In this document: positions 26,048 to 29,477 of the stretch, piece after piece
How the letters are laid out: each line of letters begins with the position of its first letter
Numbering within the stretch: position 1 is the first letter of the stretch
Virus record (IMG/VR): IMGVR_UViG_3300025839_000040
Span: 1 to 29,477 of that record
Source: a virus
Lineage: Duplodnaviria; Caudoviricetes
Length of the DNA stretch: 29,477 nucleotides
Direction: 5' to 3' (one strand)
Notes under the pieces: generated by a model
Database searches by the model: none
Seen by the model: the letters and a program-made list of their open reading frames with translations, nothing else
What the model was told of the DNA's origin: nothing
Position numbers and translations under genes: made by a program

Positions 26048-26164
26048 TATGACCCCACTACAAAAGGTAAGATGGCGAAGCAGTTAGGGAGAAACTTTAT
26101 TGGTATAGAAATAGACAAAGATTATTACGAGATAGCTAAGAAAAGAGTGGAGGTTACAAAATAA
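26048..26164 (+). pseudogene. C-terminal relic of an N4/N6 DNA methyltransferase
   Basis: YDPTTKGKMAKQLGRNFIGIEIDKDYYEIAKKRV matches the beta-class MTase tail; the FxGxG motif and everything upstream are missing. Confidence 0.8.
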
Positions 26165-26166
26165 TT

Positions 26167-26676
26167 ATGAACTATTGGTTAATCTCAGACACCCACTTCG
26201 GTCATACTAATCTTGACAAGTGGGGGCAACGTAGCGGTAATTGGCAAGAACAGCTATGGGCTGGGATAGCCAGCATACCTGACGGCGACACACTCATTCA
26301 CCTGGGCGACATCTGCATGGGTGATGATGAGGATGTACATGTAAAACTAGACTCAGTTACGTCACACCTAAAGAGCCGTGTACTCGTGCGCGGAAATCAC
26401 GACAAAAAGTCCTTTACTTGGTACAACAAGTACTGGGACTTTGTGTGTGACGGGCTAGACCTGGTGTACATGGGCAGGTATCTTCACCTCACTCACCGAC
26501 CAGCGCAACCGTGCGGTAACAGCACATGGAATATCCATGGCCACACACACGGCAAGATTCACCACAGCGAGGAGTACGTTAGTTGGTATTCTAAAGACTA
26601 CCATATCGACATTTCCCCCGAGCTGGTTGGTTTCAAGCCGTTGCGGTTGGATTTACTCTTAAAAAACTACAATTAA
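26167..26676 (+). CDS. Calcineurin-like metallophosphoesterase
   Basis: SDTHFGH, HLGD, GNHD, THRP, HGHTH motifs. Confidence 0.92.
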   Translation: MNYWLISDTHFGHTNLDKWGQRSGNWQEQLWAGIASIPDGDTLIHLGDICMGDDEDVHVKLDSVTSHLKSRVLVRGNHDKKSFTWYNKYWDFVCDGLDLVYMGRYLHLTHRPAQPCGNSTWNIHGHTHGKIHHSEEYVSWYSKDYHIDISPELVGFKPLRLDLLLKNYN

Positions 26677-26677
26677 C

Positions 26678-26800
26678 ATGCTAACTACTACCGTCACCGT
26701 AATAATCGTGTGTACAATAAACAATTTTATCCAGTCCAACTGTGTACCACCTGAGATGTGGCAGATGCCAGTAGATATATGTATTGTTGAAGGTGTATAA
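26678..26800 (+). CDS. Small hypothetical peptide (40 aa)
   Basis: ATG 1 nt after the preceding stop; MLTTTVTVIIVC... Confidence 0.35.
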   Translation: MLTTTVTVIIVCTINNFIQSNCVPPEMWQMPVDICIVEGV

Positions 26801-26825
26801 TTAGCAGTAGCTCTTTGACAAGGAG
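26796..26825 (+). promoter_or_regulatory. -10 box, boxA-like antitermination site and SD
   Basis: TATAAT (26796), GCTCTTTGACAA (26810-26821), AGGAG (26821-26825). Confidence 0.65.
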
Positions 26826-26831
26826 AATGTC

Positions 26832-27140
26832 GTGGCTAAAAAAGCCCCGCGTGAAATGGAGCGTCACCATCGCCTCCCCCGTTCCCGTGGTGGCACCAAC
26901 CACGACAGGAACATTTCAATAGTGGAGCGTGAACTACACCGCGCTTGGCACCGACTAGTTGGCAACATGACCGCCGACGAAGTAGCAGCGATGCTGACCG
27001 ACACCTGGATTGACCCCGACTACTACTTGGTCGCGGTCCCGCGTAAAAAGAATATGAAGAAGCGTCGTCGCAAACGTCGCTACTGCACAGACTGTCAGGC
27101 CGAAGTAATCAAAAACATCGAACAAACGAGGAAGCCATGA
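26832..27140 (+). CDS. HNH-like small protein
   Basis: HHRLPRSRGG..N...H...H motif; strong SD. Confidence 0.75.
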   Translation: MAKKAPREMERHHRLPRSRGGTNHDRNISIVERELHRAWHRLVGNMTADEVAAMLTDTWIDPDYYLVAVPRKKNMKKRRRKRRYCTDCQAEVIKNIEQTRKP

Positions 27141-27289
27141 CCCAGCTACCACTTGACCTAACTCCAACCGAAAACGAGAACACCCTCTCGCTGATTCGTA
27201 AGATGGAGGGGGTACGTGACTGACTATCGCCAAGTCTGGTGCCATAGGTGCCAGTGTGTTGTATCAACCTATATGAAGGAACTCTGCGG

Positions 27290-27436
27290 ATGTACGTCTG
27301 TGAGCACTGTGGAAAACCACACCCACAGCACTTCGTCGTCAAGCACTACGGCAGATGCTCCGAGCAGTTGCCGTTCTGCAACAAGGACTGCGAAATCGCC
27401 TACTACCTCAACCAACTGAAAAAGGAGATGCGCTGA
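27290..27436 (+). CDS. Small treble-clef Zn-finger protein
   Basis: MYVCEHCGK...FCNKDC; AAGGA SD upstream; its stop overlaps the next start. Confidence 0.6.
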   Translation: MYVCEHCGKPHPQHFVVKHYGRCSEQLPFCNKDCEIAYYLNQLKKEMR

Positions 27437-27726
27437 TGTACTTCTATGTCGTGATGCTGGCCATCTGGCTCGGCATGGCTTCTCTGCCAGTGAAGGCACA
27501 GGAGCCGCCCGCCCTTCCTTCCGATTCCGTACCTGTTCAGGCAGGTCGGTGCATCGACAAGGTGAGCAAAAAATATGGTGACTGCACCTTCTTCATCTCG
27601 CCCAGCTCGGGGCTGTGGACTGTCTTCGCTCAGAACGGCGTGGTGCAGGAGATTCGCAACACCGCGGCTCCTGGGCAGACCTACCGTGTGATGTACCGCC
27701 GTCAAGGCTTCGGTGCTTCACTCTGA
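27436..27726 (+). CDS. Secreted hypothetical protein
   Basis: AAGGAG SD, signal peptide MYFYVVMLAIWLGMASLPVKA. Confidence 0.7.
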   Translation: MYFYVVMLAIWLGMASLPVKAQEPPALPSDSVPVQAGRCIDKVSKKYGDCTFFISPSSGLWTVFAQNGVVQEIRNTAAPGQTYRVMYRRQGFGASL

Positions 27727-27732
27727 CCAATG

Positions 27733-27763
27733 ACCGCTTCCCTCTCGGGGGAGGCGGTTTCTT
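27733..27763 (+). terminator. Intrinsic terminator closing the moron
   Basis: ACCGCTTCCC...GGGAGGCGGT followed by TTCTT. Confidence 0.8.
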
Positions 27764-27770
27764 ATCCACA
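27762..27770 (+). promoter_or_regulatory. Perfect DnaA box TTATCCACA
   Basis: Exact consensus in intergenic DNA. Confidence 0.55.
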
Positions 27771-27840
27771 GTTTTATGTTAGAATAACCGCGTTATGTAA
27801 CTACCCCAAGCAACATCTAAGGCACTTGTGGTAGTTTGCT

Positions 27841-28068
27841 ATGGTCTATGAAAAGGCTAAAGTTCACTATAATAAATATTACCCACGCAAAGACAGGCGG
27901 GTAGATTTACTTGGTATGAGGTATAAAATGTACTTTCATTACACTAACAACCGTTTACTGAAATACTACCGTCGCCACGCTAATCGGAAATTAAGACGAC
28001 ACCAAGGCGATGTAGGAGATCATGGCTGGTACAAACGCTTCGAGGAGGTTTGGTATAATGTGTACTGA
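27841..28068 (+). CDS. Basic hypothetical protein
   Basis: 75 aa, R/K/Y-rich. Confidence 0.6.
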   Translation: MVYEKAKVHYNKYYPRKDRRVDLLGMRYKMYFHYTNNRLLKYYRRHANRKLRRHQGDVGDHGWYKRFEEVWYNVY

Positions 28069-28086
28069 CCAACTTAATACAAATGT

Positions 28087-28236
28087 ATGCAGTACCAAGT
28101 CACCACCCCTGACGGCGTAGTTGTAGATAAAATATTAGAAGTGGACGACCAAGAATGGATTGAACACCTGAAAGAAAAGGGTTTTCAGCTCCAAGAGATA
28201 CACACTACCAACGTCTGTATCGCGTGCGAAGGATAA
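28087..28236 (+). CDS. Small protein ending in CIACEG (49 aa)
   Basis: Manual translation MQYQVTTPDGVVVDKILEVDDQEWIEHLKEKGFQLQEIHTTNVCIACEG; stop abuts a terminator. Confidence 0.65.
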   Translation: MQYQVTTPDGVVVDKILEVDDQEWIEHLKEKGFQLQEIHTTNVCIACEG

Positions 28237-28237
28237 C

Positions 28238-28264
28238 AAAAATCCCCCCAGAGAGGGGGTTTTT
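28238..28264. terminator. Bidirectional terminator between convergent units
   Basis: AAAAATCCCCC-CAGAGA-GGGGGTTTTT. Confidence 0.8.
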
Positions 28265-28335
28265 GTGTGTGTGGCTCCACTCACGGCGACGACTAGAAAA
28301 TATGCAATAAAAACTAGCGTCGTTCCTATTATATC

Positions 28336-28488
28336 CTACTTCTTTTTAAAGAAAAAGCTGTTGACATCTCGGCGATTGAGCTGGTTATACACCATTACTA
28401 AGAAAGATATAGTGGTAGTAACCGAGCTAATAAAGTTAATTAAGTCTGATTCTACAATCGTTACTCCAAAGTAACTGAGAGCCAGGCC
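28336..28488 (-). pseudogene. 3' fragment of a holin-like gene
   Basis: GLALSYFGVTIVESDLINFISSVTTTISFLVMVYNQLNRRDVNSFFFKKK with no ATG start; hydrophobic with a basic tail. Confidence 0.55.
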
Positions 28489-28579
28489 AGCGTTCGCGGT
28501 GCCAGTTGTCTACGTCTTTTACCGTATGGTCTTTACGCGATAGTGCGTGGTGGGTGATGACGACAGTAGGTTTATTCAT
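28436..28579 (-). pseudogene. 5' fragment of an Amidase_2-type endolysin
   Basis: MNKPTVVITHHALSRKDHTVKDVDNWHRERWPG, then similarity is lost and a stop follows at codon 48; ATGA-coupled to the upstream gene. Confidence 0.7.
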
Positions 28580-29211
28580 GATGTACAAATTATATTACCA
28601 ACAATAGAATACTCTGATGCTAAATAGCAATCCAGGTATAGGTATCCGTTCAAGTATCCTCTGTTATCGTTTTGTCCTTCTTTCCCAAACGTGGGGTAAG
28701 CGAGACTTGGTATTGTTAATTCCGCGACTATTGTTTTTGAGTCTGATTGTGAACGAACTAAGTGTCCATCATGCACCCTAACCCCAGTTAGTCCAAGGAT
28801 GTTAGCACTCGTACAACATTGGGTAACATTAAAGTACGGCCCAGGAATTACTGTTTCGACATCATCTGGTTGGAGATAAAAAGATTTACCCAGAAACGCT
28901 GTGCCAATATTAAGAATCCTGTTTCCTCCATCACCATTTGTGGTTACACCATAAAAGTATACGTGGGTAGGAGCAGATGGTAATTTAATTTTATACCTTC
29001 TACCGCTAGTAGCAAAAGTCATTGAACCACTTGCGCCGTAACCTGGTTCAATATCAACTTGGTTTATCCGTGGCGAGTCTTTCCCATTGTGGGTATGCTT
29101 TGGAATCTCAAACGAAGAAAACTCTAGCTCCTTAGACCGCTTATCAAATACCTCGTTGGCGATATCGAGCATCTCTTTACGTAATCGTGCTTGTGTGTCG
29201 TTATTGTTCAT
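28576..29211 (-). CDS. Virion/tail protein
   Basis: IPKHTHNGKDSPRI motif followed by a beta-rich body; at the end of a minus-strand unit. Confidence 0.6.
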   Translation of the reverse strand: MNNNDTQARLRKEMLDIANEVFDKRSKELEFSSFEIPKHTHNGKDSPRINQVDIEPGYGASGSMTFATSGRRYKIKLPSAPTHVYFYGVTTNGDGGNRILNIGTAFLGKSFYLQPDDVETVIPGPYFNVTQCCTSANILGLTGVRVHDGHLVRSQSDSKTIVAELTIPSLAYPTFGKEGQNDNRGYLNGYLYLDCYLASEYSIVGNIICTS

Positions 29212-29476
29212 AACTTCTAAAGGTGTTTAAGTAATCAAAGTTTTCTGGTGCTGCCATGTATCGTTTCTTTTGTTCTTCCATTATCTCACGACGGCGCGGT
29301 TTGTCAGCCTGATTACCAAGCGCACCCCACCCACGGTGCCACGTAATCGCAGCTTCCTCAGGCGTAAGTTGATAGTTTTCAACCATATCAAGGTACTGTT
29401 TCATGAACTCCTCTTGGGCTTGGGGGTTTTTGATGTACTCCTCGGGGGTATATCGCTTATCGAGCCACGGTTCTGA
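29201..29476 (-). CDS. C-terminus of a lysozyme/transglycosylase-like virion protein (partial)
   Basis: Frame is open to the window edge: SEPWLDKRYTPEEYIKNPQAQEEFMKQY...EEAAITWHRG resembles the end of a lysozyme-like fold. Confidence 0.5.
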   Translation of the reverse strand, partial: SEPWLDKRYTPEEYIKNPQAQEEFMKQYLDMVENYQLTPEEAAITWHRGWGALGNQADKPRRREIMEEQKKRYMAAPENFDYLNTFRSYEQ

Positions 29477-29477
29477 C

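Noticed and set aside
27216-27419. 67-aa Cys-rich GTG ORF, or a programmed frameshift into the Zn-finger ORF
   Set aside because: Its 3' half is low-information and overlaps a better ORF with its own SD (27290). No slippery site is evident, although a short real N-terminal peptide cannot be excluded.
1-29477. CRISPR array, tRNA, rRNA, reverse transcriptase/DGR/retron, integrase
   Set aside because: No regularly spaced repeats, cloverleaf, YADD-type RT or recombinase motifs seen by eye; a tRNAscan/Infernal run would be needed to exclude them fully.
1-29477. Alternative genetic code (stop-codon reassignment)
   Set aside because: Long genes are intact in code 11, and TAA, TAG and TGA all end genes at tight junctions.

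Overview
The window is a tailed-phage (Caudoviricetes) genome segment with no integrase, tRNA, rRNA or CRISPR array that I can see. The host may be a Patescibacteria/CPR-type bacterium; this is an inference from SD-less, A-rich gene starts, -10 boxes just upstream of start codons and a boxA-led cassette. The minus strand from 14183 down to 1 is a late operon: terS, Zn-finger protein, gpA-like terL, portal, scaffold, major capsid, decoration protein, RDEN-motif fibre genes, holin-like genes and an M23 peptidase. Divergent from terS on the plus strand (14964-17972) is a complete phage-encoded ubiquitin-like conjugation operon. It encodes a beta-grasp Ubl ending in -QAG, a coiled-coil + E2-like protein, a JAB/JAMM protease and a ThiF/E1 enzyme, and it is punctuated by two hairpins with the same CCC-GCTC-GGG core. 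This operon is the standout system. Next comes an unusual replication-like locus (18865-21281): a small DnaD-like ORF, about 650 nt of non-coding DNA rich in nested stems, an RNase HI gene bracketed exactly by 25-bp inverted repeats, DnaA-box matches and a DnaA-domain-IV-like HTH. Plus-strand early/middle genes follow (CHAP, ParB-like, SSB-like, NinG/NinB-like, metallophosphoesterase, a methyltransferase relic, and a boxA/SD-bearing moron with an HNH-like gene). The right end carries the 3' end of minus-strand virion genes and a deleted amidase-holin relic. All product calls come from motifs recognised by eye; no database searches were run.
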